A stretch of DNA of 61,725 nt, counting the filler, from Hausera hauseri (lineage: Eukaryota): NCBI GenBank assembly GCA_046269625.1. It is 9 parts of 9 records of this genome, joined end to end, with 100 filler letters (N's around TTAATTAATTAA, not from the genome) between each part and the next. Parts side by side here need not be neighbours in the genome. Positions count along the whole stretch, not along the records: positions 1 to 8,768 come from JBJURY010541008.1; positions 8,869 to 13,899 come from JBJURY010355821.1; positions 14,000 to 20,325 come from JBJURY010112987.1; 6 more parts are not named here. The stretch is one strand, 5' to 3'. The first letter of the stretch is position 1. Every line of letters begins with the position of its first letter. A model generated the notes under the pieces. That model had not been told where the DNA came from and did no database searches. It saw only the letters and a program-made list of their open reading frames with translations. The translations under genes and the position numbers were made by a program. This document shows, in pieces, positions 1 through 14,299 of this stretch.

Positions 1-1324
1 TAATTCATCTTCAGATCATTGTCATTGCTCACGAGACAAGTGCATTGGTGCTCCAATTTCATCCTCGGCATATCCACCAGCCCGCTAGGACTGACAGTTC
101 AATGAACGAACGAACCAACAAACCAATCAACCAACTAATTAACGAACTAACTAATTAACTAACTAAATTATTCCTCACGTCTTGTATCCAAATTTTGATC
201 ATGTCCTCCTACTACACAACAACTCAGGATGAACAAAACAAATACATTTGGAAAACCGACACAACAAACAGAACATGATACAACAGATACCAAACGAGCA
301 GAACGACAAAACAGCTAGAATAACGCGCTCATCGAAGGACTGACCACCTTGTAATCTACATCATTTAATCGTTACATGCCGCAAATGTCTAACAGCTGCA
401 AATGTCGTAACAGCTGCAAATGTCGTATGACTGTAGGCATTTCAGCATCAACTTTGCCTACTTAATTTTTTATAGTTAGCATTTTCACAGCTTTGCTTTC
501 AGTTATGCAGTAATGTTTCTAGAATACGGTTTCTAAATGTGTCTTGGAATTAACGAGTCTGTTTATCTCAGGTATTTAATTATTATTAAAGTGGATTATC
601 GTACGACATCAAACAACTTCCATTAATGTTCCTCTTTCCTTAGTTTGGTTTGGTTATTGATCTCCTCATCGTCGAGCGTCAGCCTTTGTGATGAGCCCTG
701 AGCAGGGCCGTAGTCCTAAAAAGGACTACAGGAGTAGTTTCGCTGAGCATTCCTTCTGTCCCAGTGGAGTATAGCAGGGTGGACCAAGGTCTTCCAGGCT
801 TGAGTGCTATGCTTGGCGTCCTGTGAGTGATCCACTCCTCAACATGGGGACTGTGGGCGATCCTTCTAATGTTGGCCAGAATTGCTTCTGTTTCCAGGAC
901 GGACCACGCGGAGGTGTTAGAAGGTCTTGGCCAGTATGTTGGTTCCTGGCCCTGACGAGATTGCGAAGCGATCTCAGTTCTCACCGTCCCTACACATGGT
1001 AAAAGGAAAAGCTAGTTGAAGTAGGTCTTGCACAAGTCTGTGCATGAGGCCATAGTGAAGACAGTCGCCTTGTTCACACAGCGTACGACGGTAAAACCCG
1101 GTTTGCGTTGTGCAACCGCTTAATTGCGACAGGAGCCCCATTGTTAACGCTATGGGCAGCGCAAGTAGAGATTAAAAGAGCAGTCGAACTGGCTATATAT
1201 ATATATATTCTCTATAGTGACACGGTTGCTTGTGGTAATGTGTCGAATCTTATACCTCAGTATTCTTCTTTAACAGAACATTAAAAAATAAAAATAGCAC
1301 CACGCGCTGCACAACCACTCTTAC

Positions 1325-4300
1325 CTGTGGAGGAGCCCGTGTCACGTGATATTATTGTAATGGGAGACTTGTTAATAACAGTAAATTCGAAGGTAGTTGA
1401 AAACATTTCAACAGAAGATTCTTTTATTATTTGAAATTGGTCATTTAGTGAGTAAGAAACATTTTCACCTGGTCCATTTGTTACAAACTCTGTTACATCC
1501 TGTTCACTATGAAAACTGACAGGTGTTACAGAGTCTCTTACATCCTGTTCACTATGAAAACTGACAGGTGTTACAAAGTCTGTTACATCCTCTTCACTAT
1601 GAAAACTGACAGGTGTTACAAAGTCTGTTACATCCTGTTCACTATGAAAACTGACAGGTGTTACAGAGTCTGCTGCAATTGGAACTTGAGAGCCCAAATC
1701 TGTGGTTGCAGTCTTCAAAGGTTCTTGGGTGGTAGAATTTCCGATCGTTGGTGAGATATTTGTAATGTGAATCGTACCAGCTGAGATCAGTTCATCTTTA
1801 GCTGGATTTTCGTTTGAAGCGCTGAGATTAAATTTGTTAGGATAAATGGTAGTGACAGTTTGTAAAGGAACGGATACATTATTAGTGTCTATTCTATCTG
1901 TTGTTGAAACTTCATAAACAACAGGAGATCCTAGTGTTGAAACGTCAGAAACAACAGAAGATTCTAGTGTGGAAACTTCAGAAACAATAGAAGATTCTAG
2001 TGTTGTTTCTCCTGTTGAATCTAACATTTTCACGGTGGAAATATTCGAGCCAGATGCAGCTTCAGTTACTAGTTTCCTAGTTTCCGATATTGTTTCTGGA
2101 GGTTCTGGTGAAGTTTCGGATATTACAGTCGAAAGTGTCATTGTAGTTGTCTGTCGACTAGAAACAGAACCGTCATTTGTAAATAGCTTTGCTGTCTCGG
2201 GCGAATGGCTGACGGTCGTAATTGTCGTTTCTGGGGTTTCAGGTGAAGCTTCAAACGTTTCAGTCGAAGGTCCCATTGTAGTCAACTGTTGACTAGAAAC
2301 TGAACCGTCTTGTGTAGACAGCTTTGCTGTCTGGGAGAAATTGCTGTCTGGATGTTCACGTGAGGTTTCAAATATTATCAAAGGTGTTATTTTTGTCAGC
2401 TGTTTACTAGAAGGTGAAATGTCTTCCGTAGACGAAAACAGATCTTCTGTCTGGGGGAAATCGCTGGCTGACGTAACTGTGGTTTCTAGATTCTCAGACA
2501 ATGTACGTTCAGATACAGACATTTCTGTTTGAAGATTTTCAATTAAAGATTGTCTGGACGTTGGATCATCTGTAAATAATGTACTTGAAAAATACTTATT
2601 CTCAGTAAATGTAGCTGGAATATACTCAGTATATTTAATTGCTATTGATTCTGAACTGTCTGAAGGTGCTGTTGTTGATGAAAATTCTAGTGTAGCCTGG
2701 AAATCTGAAATGGAATCTGTATATTCATTGACGGGAACTGTTCTCGTCACGCTGAAACGTTCTGTCGAAGTGTCATCGATATTAATAATAGCTGTGGACT
2801 TTTCTGGAAACGTATTATCTATCGAAGTATTAGATTGACTCGTGCTGCCAGTGGATAATTCTGCTTCAGTGGAAAGCTTAGGTGTTGATAATTCAGTTTG
2901 TGTAAACGGTTCTGTCTCTGATGTAAATTGCTGCGACGACGACACAGATACCAGTGAAATAGACTCTCTTGGAACAGATGAATTAATTGTAGATACCAGT
3001 AACGAACTAATCGTAGACGATTCAGTTTTAATAGATATGTCCACAGTGCTTAACAAATCTAAAGCAGACTCGCGTGTAGACAATTCAACATTATTAGACA
3101 ATTCAGTTGTAGAAGGCATTTGTGACATATTCGCACTTGTAAATGATTCCATTTCAGTATATATTTCGAATGTAGAAGGTAAATGTGAAGAATTTCTGCT
3201 TGCAGATGTTTCAATTGATGGATGTAAGTTTGAATCTGATGTTATTGTGGAAGGTTGTATTTCAGTCGACAAATCGACCGTATGGTTAAAACTAATAGGC
3301 ATATTTGTAGACAATTTTTTTTCTGCAGATAACCCGGTTGATGATGGTAAATCTTGAACGGGGATTCTGGTAGATGTTTCCTTTACAGCAGATGATTTTG
3401 TAGTCTGTAAATCTGAAGCATGCGTGAAGTTAAATAACTCTTTTTCGGTTGTTACTTCCCCTGCATGTGGTATTTCTGAGACTTGAATATTGGTAGGTGA
3501 TTCCATATCAGCCGAATGTCTATGTGTTGACAGTAACTCTGGACTAGATGTGTTGGTAGTAGATTCTACTTCGTTCGTCATCTTGGTTGAAGATGGTAGA
3601 TCAGAAATATGAATATTGGTAGACGACTCCTTCTCAGTTGATAGTTCTGCAGTAAGAGAGACATGAGAAACGGAGAAACTGGTAGAAGTTCCCGTATTCA
3701 TTGAAAACTGACCTGTTGATGATAAATCAGAAAAATGAATAATACTCAGATCCTTTTCGGTCGATAATTCAATTGGTGATGTTAAATCTGAGATTTCAAT
3801 ATTGGCATATGAATCTCTGTCAGTTGAAAACTGAGCTGTCGATAGTAAATCTGAAATGGGCATATCAGTAGTAGACTCCGCGTATATCTTGGTTATAGTT
3901 GCTAGGTCGTCAGCAGACGGTAAATCTGAATCCGTTTTTCTGGTTGATATTTCGGAAGTAGATGATAAATCTGAACGAACATATTCGGTTGATAGTTCGA
4001 CAATATGTGGTGAGTCTGAAACAACTTTTTCGGTTGATAGTTCGGAAGTAGGTGACATATCTAACAGAACATTTTCGGTTGACAGTTCGACAGTAGATGG
4101 TGAGATTGAAACAACTTTTTCTGTTGATTGTCCATAAATAGATGATACATCTGAACGAACATTTTCAGTTGATAGTTCAACTGTAGATGGTGAGTTTGGA
4201 ATAGCTTTTTCGGATGATAGTTCGACAATAGGTGGTGAGTTTGAATCAACTTTTACTTTTTCGGTTGATATTTCGGAAGTAGATGATATATCTGACAGAA

Positions 4301-6600
4301 CTTCTTCGGTTGATAGCTCTTCAGTAAGTGGTGAGTCTGAAACAGCATTTTCGGTTGATAGGTCAGAAGTAGATAATATATCTAAAAGAACATTTTCGGT
4401 TGATAGTTCAACTGCAGATGGTGAGTTTGGAACAGCTTTTTCGGTTGATAGTTCGACAGTAGGCGATGAATCTGAAATAACTTTTTTGGTTGATAGTTCC
4501 GATGTAGGTGATATGTCTGAAAGATCTTTTTCGGTTGAAATATCGAAAGCAGATGTTGAGTCTGAAACAACTTTTTCTGTCGGTTGTCCGGAAATAGATG
4601 ATAAATCTGAACGAACATTTTCGGTTGATAGATCAACAATAGGTGGTGAGTCTGAAACAACTTTTTCGGTTGATAGCTCGGTAGAAGATGGTGAGTCTGA
4701 AACGGCATTTTCGGTTGATAGTTCAGAAGTAGACAATATATCAGAAATAACATTTTTGGTCGATAGTTCGACTGTAGATGGTGAGTTTGGAACAGCTTTT
4801 TCGGTTGATAGTTCGGCAGTATGTGGTGAATCTGAAATAACTTTTTCGGTTGATGGTTCGGATGTAGATGGTATGTCTGAAAGAAGTTTTTCGGTTGAAA
4901 TATCGAAAGCAGATGTTGAGTCCGAAACAAGTTTTTCTGTTAATTGTCCGGAAGCAGATGATAAATCTGAAAGAGAATTTTCGGTTGATAGTTCGAGAGT
5001 GGATGATGAGTCTGAAACAACTTTTTCGGTTGATAGTTCAGAAGTAGATGATATATCTGAAAGGACATTTTCGGTTGATAGCTCGGCAGTAAATTGTGAG
5101 TTTGAAACAGCTTTATCGGTTGGTAGTCCTGAAGTAGATAATATATCTGAAAGAAAATTGTCGGTTGACCGTTCGACAGTAGATGGTGAGTTTGAAACAG
5201 CTTTTTCGGTTGATAGTTCGGAAGTAGATAATATATCTGAAAGAACACTTTCGGTTGATAGTTCGACAGTGGATGGTGAATCTGAAATAACTTCTTCGGT
5301 TGATTGTTCTGAAGTAGATGATATATCTGAAAGAACGTTTTGGGTTGATAGTTTTACAGTCAATGGTGAATCTGAAACAACTTCTTCGGTTGATTGTTCT
5401 GAAGTAGATGATATATCTGAAAGAACGTTTTGGGTTGATAGTACTACAGTAGATGGTGAATCTGAAACAACTTCTTCGGTTGATTGTTCTGAAGTAGATG
5501 ATATATCTGAAAAAACGTTTTGGGTTGATAGTTCTATAGTAGATGGTGAATCTGAAACATTTTTTTCTACTAATAGTTCAGCAGTAGTTGGAGACCCTGA
5601 AATAAATTTTTCGGTTGATAGTTCAACAACAGATGGTAAGCCTGTAACAGATTTTTCGGTTGATAGTTCCGAAGTAGATGAAACAACTTTATCTGTTGAT
5701 AGTTCTCCTGTAGATGTTGAGTATGATACAAAAATACTTGCTGATGAATCTTTTCCAGCTGCTAATTGGCTCGTGTATGGTAATGATAAATCAGGCATAT
5801 TCGTTATCACTTGCCGTTCAGTTGATAACTCAGCTGTAGATGATACCTCTGAAATAAGAATGCTGGTGACCCTCTCCTTACTGGTTGATAACATGGCAGT
5901 AGATGTCAACTCCAAACTATGTGTGCCCGTAGAAGGCTGCTCTTCGAGTGATAACTCGAATGTAGATATTAACTCTGAAGAAGGCATACTGGTAGGCGCA
6001 CCCTTCTTGGTTGATAATTCAGCTACTGATGAAGTAAGAATACCTATAGTCGATTCCTTTTCGGATGTAGATAGTGATTCGGTAGAAAGTATGACTGCTG
6101 TCGATTCCTGTACGGTTGATTCTTCGGTTGTAGACGATAACATTAAATCAGTCATAGAGATCGACGATTCCACTTTTATGGATGAGTATGGCAAATCTGT
6201 ATGAGGAACACTTGTTGATAATTCTTTTTCAGTTGAGTTCTCTATTATAGATGACAATTCCAAATCATTCATATTAGTGGACGCTTCCCCTTCTGATGAT
6301 AGCTTACCTGTTGACGCTAAATCTGTTTCTGAGGCAACCGTAAACGATTCTTCTCGGGTGAATAAAGTGGATGAAGAAGGTGTCTCATCAGTCAGATTAT
6401 TTGTAGAAGATTCATTTGCAGTCAAAGGCTCTGTAAGTATTTTAGTACCTGGCACAGGTGTGATTGGAGAACTATCCTTTTCACTCGACAACTGGACTGT
6501 CGATTGTAAATCTGATATGGAAATAATGGTAGATAATTCCTCCGCAGTTGATAAGTACGCTGTAGATAGTAAATTGTAAATAGGCGTACTTACAGAAAAT
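1325..6600 (-). CDS. Large internal exon of a Ser/Thr/Glu-rich mucin-like (PTS-type) protein
   Basis: 1736-aa ORF dominated by S/T/E, with the frame open up to ~6617. Splice donor ACAG|GTAAGA on the minus strand at 1325/1324. No ATG or signal peptide, so probably an internal exon. Confidence 0.75.
1488..1670 (-). repeat. 45-bp coding tandem repeat x4 (VTPVSFHSEQDVTDF)
   Basis: Four near-identical copies of ...ACTATGAAAACTGACAGGTGTTACA... Confidence 0.9.
3940..5700 (-). repeat. 45-bp / 90-bp higher-order coding minisatellite (STSELSTEKVVSDSP-type 15-aa units)
   Basis: TCGGTTGATAGTTC recurs about every 45 nt, with near-perfect 90-bp units at ~5280-5550. Confidence 0.9.
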
Positions 6601-6859
6601 TCTGTTTCAGATAAACGTTAAATAAAACTTTATTCTCAATTTGAAATATCCAAAGTGAGTTATTTCCATGAGAGATGGTAACTTGTCACGATGAAAAACT
6701 CATGGTGCTACTTCGCAATAGAAGTTTTATACAGCAGGGATATGTTAGTGAAATGAATGACAGCCTCAAAGATTGTATTCAGTAAATTGTCGTAGAGGCA
6801 GGAATGAGATGGAAGCCAAAAATGAGATATAAAGATAAGTGTATTATCAATGGAGAATT

Positions 6860-7075
6860 TTTCTCATTGACGGTAATGTCCGGAAAGATCTTCCTGCAGA
6901 TCAGTCGGCTTGATCGGAGGAACTTTTTTTGCTTTATTAAACCAGAAATTTCCCCTTATCCCTGGGAGGTGAGATCAGACGTCTGTGGACATTGTCGTTC
7001 ACGTTAAAAATCCCTGATGTGGAGATTAAAAAAAGAGTAGGCCTAAAGGCTTATTCCCGGGAAAAATTCAAAGAA
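6860..7075 (+). mobile_element. tRNA-derived SINE, Deu/Nin-domain-like (decayed)
   Basis: CACGTTAAAAATCCC...AAAAAGAGTAGG core, shared with the minus-strand copy at 57100-57370. Confidence 0.55.
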
Positions 7076-8527
7076 AATGTTCTCCAGCCAACAAGGTCCT
7101 CGCTGTTGCAACTAAGTGCACTGATCTGAGATTCTCCAGACTGAGGGAGAACGGAGAACTTAGGGGTATATATTTGTGTGCTAAGATACTGACATTTCGA
7201 CTAAACTAAACTCGACATGAAGATCACCATAATACGGATGCTTTAAAACATTCAGTGTGGCACACTGTTCGATGCTACTACCACATTCTGTTCGCTCCAT
7301 TGGCCGAATACAGGGCCACAACTGTAGCTCAGCATCTCTGATGATCCAGTGCGTCTATTCATATTCTTTCCCCTGATGTATTTGTTATTCCACGTGGCGA
7401 ATTGACGTGGTCGTTCCTGTGATATTTTGTATTCAGAACGCACGGTTTTCAACCAGCTATGTTCGCCATACGAAGCTAAGTTCATTGAATTCATTTCTTT
7501 TCTCCTCAGTGTAATCTGTTTTAATAGCAATTTTATTTGGTTTCATTTAACTGTACTAACACTTTTCCACGCTGTTTACCTACATATCATGTGACTCTTA
7601 CTTTCGTTTGTAATGTGTGTTCTGTAGCGTTTTCTTTGTGTGCTGTGCCTGATGAACTGATGAAGACCATGTTGGTCATAACGTAGTTGTTTTCATTTTT
7701 TTCCCCTATCCTCGTAAGACTACATTACGCAATTTGTATTTTTTTCACGACCCTATTGCATTTTTAAGTCTTAATGCAGACTCCTTCATTATTCGCTAGG
7801 TCAAGACAAACCAAAGCGTCAGAGAGTCACTTTCACTTCCGTACATGACATGCGGGAGTAAAGAAAAACGTGTGAGCAGACAGAATGAGGAGCACGACAT
7901 GTATCAAGCGACTGATCAGTGGAATGCCCTAACACCCTGAATGTTTTTAAGGAGGCAAGCCAAACGTATGATTCAAGCTGTGAATTAGATTCGATGTCCA
8001 GACTGAAGGAACCTGGACTGAAACGTGGCGCTGCAAAATAAAGTGTCAAACGGGAGGCAGAAGACGATATCTTTGATGGAATTACCGAGCTCACGGCACC
8101 CACCAAAAAGGGAATTAATATTCGGTATTTCTAAACTACTTCAGCTCCTCATTGGCTCGTAATGATAGCAGCAAGTAGTCCATGGTCAAAAACCACATTC
8201 ACATACAATTTGACAACACCACAGTGCAACACAGAATCAAAACGCATCAACAATACCCCCCCCCCCCCCAAAAAAAAATGAATATATTGAATTAATCAAA
8301 TGCAGTTCACAGAAACGAGGACAATGAACATCAAAGAATGAAACATTCACACAGACATTGCATTACAATCTAATTTTAACACGAAAACACAGTACTTCTT
8401 TATCATCCAATTCTTAACCTCTCCCTACCAGTAGGTCATCATCTTGTACTATGTTGTAGTCCTGCGTCCATATATAGCACAGCAGAAGCCCATGATTAGC
8501 TCATCTACCCAGCATAGTTATTCTCCA

Positions 8528-8640
8528 TCGGCCGCTGTCCGGTCACAATTCTAGGAAAAATCTACCCCCAGGGCAGAAATGTAAACAGGCAATACTGCCT
8601 ATTTTTCACCCCTGGTTAAATAAAGATCTTATCTTATCCT
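8528..8640 (+). mobile_element. 3' part of the same SINE family
   Basis: CGGCCGCTGTCCGG...TCTACC...CAGGGCAGAA..TGTAAA matches the reverse complement of 57100-57160. Confidence 0.55.
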
Positions 8641-8768
8641 TTATTCCATTTCTCTTATACATCGTCTACTAATACGAGTAAATTCATGTTGTTCACTATT
8701 ACATACCAGTCATACATGAATACAACATACATGGTAACTACCTACTCTAAGGTCTGAAACACCAAATG

Positions 8769-8868
8769 NNNNNNNNNNNNNNNNNNNNNNNNNNNNNNNN
8801 NNNNNNNNNNNNTTAATTAATTAANNNNNNNNNNNNNNNNNNNNNNNNNNNNNNNNNNNNNNNNNNNN
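8769..8868. other. Artificial contig spacer N44-TTAATTAATTAA-N44
   Basis: Identical 100-nt linker with stops in all six frames. It also occurs at 13900-13999, 20326-20425, 25957-26056, 35145-35244, 41604-41703, 50190-50289 and 57509-57608. Confidence 0.98.
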
Positions 8869-8944
8869 AGAGATATAAAGAAAAACATAAAACGAGCTCA
8901 AAAAGGGATGTGTGTCTTCGCACACACCCCTATGGTGATACCTC

Positions 8945-9072
8945 AACTAGAAATATAAAGAAAAGGTATGGTTATATCTTACTAAAAATATAAAGAGCTG
9001 TTATATGGCCATACCGTAACTAAAAATATAAAGAGCTGTTTAAGGCCATACCTTACTAAAAATATAAAGCTA
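8945..9072. repeat. Short imperfect tandem repeat (ACTAAAAATATAAAGAGCTGTT..GGCCATACC)
   Basis: 3-4 copies are visible directly. Confidence 0.7.
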
Positions 9073-12000
9073 TAAATGTATTGTTGCCGGCAAGTTGTTT
9101 AAATAAATAGATAAATACATTTTAAACTGTTAATTTTGCTCATAACATAAAGCAGAAAAATATATATCTAATCACTGCAGTGTAATAAACTGTTAAATAG
9201 TGCACTTTAAAAAATAAATTAATTGAATTTAAAACAGTAAAGTTTAAAAATTAAAGTTTGGGATAGTCTTTAAAAGGAAAAAAAACGGTTCAAAAGACTG
9301 ACTGACTTTTGTTTTTGTTTTGTTTTTGACTGACATGAGTGGAAAAAGGAGTAATATTAATTTTTGCATATACAATGCTTAATTACACGCTGTGTTGTTT
9401 GTTCATATGTGCTGTGTTTACGTGTTGAGAGCTTCACGGAACGCTGTGTTTGTTTAAGTGCTGAGAACTTGGTAAAAATTGCATTATTCTGTTCTGTCCT
9501 GCATGCAAAGTAACCTAAAACAATTCTTTGACTTTCCTGACAAATCGTACATGCATTTTTTCTTCTAATATTGTGTCTTTGTGAGCTTCAGCGATTGTGT
9601 TTAAATGTGGGCTGCATTGTTTTGTTAATGCTTGGCGAGAGAAAGTAATTGAGTAGTTTTTGTTTTTTTAGTCTCACAGTGACAGGAAAAGGAGATTTGG
9701 CTTAACAGGAAACACACACACACACACACACTCATTCATGCAGATGTATTTGCTGAGGACAGAGTTAAGGAAAAAAGGCAGAAGGGTTTGGCTAGATTGA
9801 GAGAAGACAAGTTTGTGGTGACTTTGGTTTTGGCATTATAAGGACAAGTGACGTGGTTTTGGCATGAAGTGTGGCATGTTGTCTGAGGAATAATAGGTTG
9901 TGAATAAGATGTATTGACAATGCTGTTGTCTCTTGCTGAATAGATACACAAGAACACACACACACACACACATACACACGAGCCCAGAACTCTGGAAAAG
10001 AGAAAGAGGAAAAAACTAAAAGCTCAGTTATAGTTAAAAATATATATTTTCGCTGTATTAAAATAACGCTTTACTTAACCTTGCTTCTAAAAGGCTTTGC
10101 ATTTGTGAATCCTCAGCGTACTAACGGAGCTCAGCCGTCTTCCGTCCGCAGTGTCGAAAATGAACTGAACAGGACAGGAACTGACGTTCCTGGAGTAAGC
10201 TCCACCCAGTTCTGTAAAAATCTACAGGAACACGCCCTCATGTGCAGCAGTGGGCAGAATATATAGGCTAAGCTGCAAATTTGATCATTTAGAAAAATTG
10301 ATCAGAACTTTACTGGATTAGCACAAAAATAATAAAATAATCATTACATTACATTACTTTTAAAAGAACAATTATAAATCTAAACAATATTAAGTATTTT
10401 ACATTTTTTACAGTATTATGCAAACCAGGTAAAGCCAGTTAATTATATTTAGTCATCACGAATTGATTAAAGAGCAACTGAATTTATAAAACAAGGTCAG
10501 TTAAATAATAATAATAATAATAAACAAATAATTGTTTGCTTTTTACAATATTTTACAACTCAAAGGAAAAATCTTAACAAACCCACGCAATGTCTACGAT
10601 ACTTGTGGCCATATTGTCAATCAAAAATCCAGAATTGTCTAAAGCAATTCAAAGGATGTCTGGAAAATGGAAACAAAGTTAACAAGTATGCAGTTGTTGA
10701 TTTTTGCTATAATTTTCTGCTCATGTGTTAAGCTAAAAAGCAGAGTAGAGTGAAATAAAATATTCAATATAAAAGTAAAGGTGTAACTAAGGAAGAAAAA
10801 ACGGGAACAGAGAAGTGAGTGCCTAGAGGAAAACAGAACTCAAAATAGATTGATGGGAGGTAAAACAGTACCAGAGAAGCTGGAAATGAAAACTGAGAAA
10901 GACAGAATAAAACAGCATGTATACAGAACAAGTTTAGTTGGAAAATAATCTAAACAAAATGTATGGAAACCAACTCCTTCTGTAAAATATATGGGCATTA
11001 AAGTTGAGTATTTTGGTTAAAATTCAATTTGAATAAGGTTAAGAAGGTGATTTGTGTCCAAATACCTTATCAATTGTTCGGCAACAGGCTTTTCAATAAC
11101 TTTAGAGATTACTAGTACAATTGAGATGGGTCAATAATTGCATATGTCATCATGTACTCCAGATTTAAAAAATTGGGGTCACAACAGCAGTTACAGTATA
11201 AATGATTTTGATTATTAAAGTTTAATAACAGTCTTAAATAAAGTAAATAAAGTAGAGTAAACCTAAAACACAGCAAATAGTTACAGCCAATCTTGAATTT
11301 AATTCAAGCAAGCTAAATTAACTTCAGCATGTGCTCACTTAATCAATGCACTGATTAATGATAATGCCATGAAATGATTTTATTGTTGTGCTGTGACAAA
11401 AAGACTCAACTTGGCTGGGTTGTGTCTAAAATACAAGAGAAAGACATTTCACAAATGCTAAACGCTGAGCTGCACGGCTGAAGCAGCTGTTCAAAGGAAG
11501 AGGCCACAAATGGACCTTTGGATTTTTTGAACTGATCAACAACCCTCAGTGATGGGCAGGCACTGAGGAAAGAAAAACAATAAATAAATAAACCTGAACT
11601 CAATGATTGTACTGCAAAACTACCATGCAAGGGGGCGCATGAAGTACCAACTCAGAAGGGACTAAAACGAACATTCTACATTTGCCAAACGCTGAATGAC
11701 AAAGACTGAACTTAAAACAAAGCAACGAATAACGGGAAATGTCTGTTACATCTACAGATAACATTCATAAAGCCACACCCAGTGAAGATGGTTGATGGTC
11801 ACGAGCAGTTACTGGTGGTTTCACCTGATGTTAATTAAAAGAAAAGTGTACTGATGGAGTGACATGCTGAATAAATAAAAAGCATTTAAAGAAACCTTTT
11901 CAAGTAGGCTGCTGAAATTAAGTATTTACATTGATTATTAAAAGCTATAGGCTGAGACATCATGTTTAGTCTGCAGAATAATATTAAAGTAAAGTTACGT

Positions 12001-12349
12001 ATTATGTTTACTTTTTATTAAGGGACTTTACAAAAGGCACAAATAGAGCCATAACAATGTTCTACCATAAATGAGAAGCATAAATTATTATAAATTTAGG
12101 GTTCACATCTTTATTAATCCAAATCAAAGAAAACAGAGTCACAGATTTGTTGAAACAAATAATTTTTACTTAGATTAAAATAGAGAATACTGTTAATCTA
12201 ATTCACTCAGGTCACTTATTAAGCAGCAATAAATTAAGTGTATATGTGTACCACATTATGCTAGACGTTTTAAACAAATAATATTTAAACTGGATTTAAG
12301 CAACAGAAGACATCAGGAATAATTATAATTAGTTAGACAGGGAGGTAGT

Positions 12350-13800
12350 GTGGAGATTTAGATCAATGTCTTATGAACTTGCAGATTTTGACTCGATTTC
12401 CTTGAAGTAAAGTTAATGGTAATCAAGAACAAACAACACTTTTGACCTCAATACATGTGACAGGGATAAAAGTCAAAACAATTGTTGCTAAATAATGAGA
12501 AACCTTAAATAAAATCACATGACAAAATATGTTTTGTGGATTTGGTGAAATGGTTTTGTCTCATATACTGTAAATTTTTAAATTTTGAAAGATAATCATT
12601 CTATAAGCACGACATGTAAGATGAATCTGCACATACCAATATAAGAACATAAGTACTGATACTAGCAATGTACAGCTGAAAAACAGGGAAGTGAGGAGCT
12701 ATTAATAAGACAGATTACTGTTTATCCAAAAGTGGACCGGTTTCCTGAAAACTAAGTGTGTGTGCCAAAAAGGAAACACAGAGAAGCAGTGTGGTTGTAC
12801 ACAGAGACTAGATGAGTGTGAACTTGTGAAGCATGTCAAGAAACAATGAGAAATATTCAGAAACAAGGCTGATGGTCTGCATTTGTGGAATAGCTTGAGA
12901 TCTTTGAGGTAGATAACGGTATTGAACAATTTCTAGATTAAAGTGGAAGTAAATTAGGGGTTTGAATTGGATTGGGGCAGTAAAAGAGGTTGTGAAGCAA
13001 ACTACTAACAAGTGTGACAGTGATGTTGAACAAAATGCTTCACTAACACTGCATGTAAATAAACTTACATAACTCTTGTACAAGAATAAAAAGATAAAGG
13101 AAATGAAAATGAAAAGGAGCGAATAAAGCAGATTTGATAAAAATGATAAAAACATTTGTAGGCCTTACAGTATTTAAATGCAGGATCCCGTGGAAATTAC
13201 TTTGAGAAAAGAACAAAATCAATAAAACATTTCAATGGTTTTCTTTCAAGTTAAAAGACATGTCTAATAAAATAAAAGTATTCTGGATGTTGAGCAGTGG
13301 AGAACGGACTATGAAAAATGTATGAAATTACAATTGGAATTTATTCAGTCCGTATTTGGGAACAGTGCACTGAGGGAGTTACTATCCCACCCATCATAGA
13401 TCAATTAAGTCAAAAGGTTCCAAAATTGAAAGCTAATATCTGCAGATGACAATATGTTTCTATGACTAATAAATATATTTTGTTTCAATATAGCATTACT
13501 TGGAAATAAAACAGTCTGATGATGAACATGTTTATAATGCTTGTCACTAACCCTGAATGATTGTCTTTTTCAGTGACAGACCTCTACAGCAGTGATGACC
13601 TGTGATGAACAACGGAACATATTTAACTTATTTCTCTTGCAGCTGGAAAAGAAGTTCAATGGTTTATACAATGTTGGGTTGAATGTATGATGATTAACTT
13701 TGTTCTATCAAGTAAAAACTGTTGTCTGCGCAAGCGTTTACAAGCATAAGAATAGGGTGAGGAAGAAATAGGGTTCCATGTTGTGTTCTAAGAATATGTT
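12350..13800 (+). mobile_element. Highly decayed L1/Tx1-like LINE ORF2 remnant
   Basis: A-rich strand bias and an RT YADD-like motif (ISADDNMFL) at ~13437-13463. No intact ORF. Confidence 0.3.
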
Positions 13801-14299
13801 TCAGGTTTGAGCCTGTCAAGAGTCAAGAGACATCTGGGTTCTGCACCACCGTGAAGCACAGAAGTATTAATTACCACTGTGAAACCTAAAGTAGTTACCN
13901 NNNNNNNNNNNNNNNNNNNNNNNNNNNNNNNNNNNNNNNNNNNTTAATTAATTAANNNNNNNNNNNNNNNNNNNNNNNNNNNNNNNNNNNNNNNNNNNNA
14001 TTGTTGAGGAAAACGGATAGGGATAAGGGATGTGGCGCAGCGGGAGCGGGCACGCTCGGTTCCCCAACCAGAGAATCTCTTGCACTGAGACCAAATTGAT
14101 AGAAAGTAATGTAATTTCTTGAATAGGTATGAATCATAGACGAATTGTAAGAAGTATAAAAATCATTTAGGAATGTGAATAATAGAATGTCGGTAGTGAA
14201 ATCATCATGATTACCTTTTAATAATGGAAATAATGACAATGATCTCGCCAACTTCTGAATAACTGTGATTGATGATTGATTGGAACCAAATGGAGAGAT

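Noticed and set aside
3940-5700. CRISPR-like regularly spaced repeats (also the FYKR repeats at 41717-43147)
   Set aside because: These are in-frame coding repeats in eukaryotic genes, with no unique spacers and no cas genes.
4486-6204. 572-aa plus-strand ORF and other ORFs overlapping the mucin exon
   Set aside because: Antisense or alternative-frame shadows of a repetitive Ser/Thr-rich coding sequence.
8813-8824. TTAATTAATTAA as a biological motif (PacI site / piggyBac target)
   Set aside because: Always centred in identical N runs, so it is an assembly linker. ORFs ending in X residues are linker artefacts.
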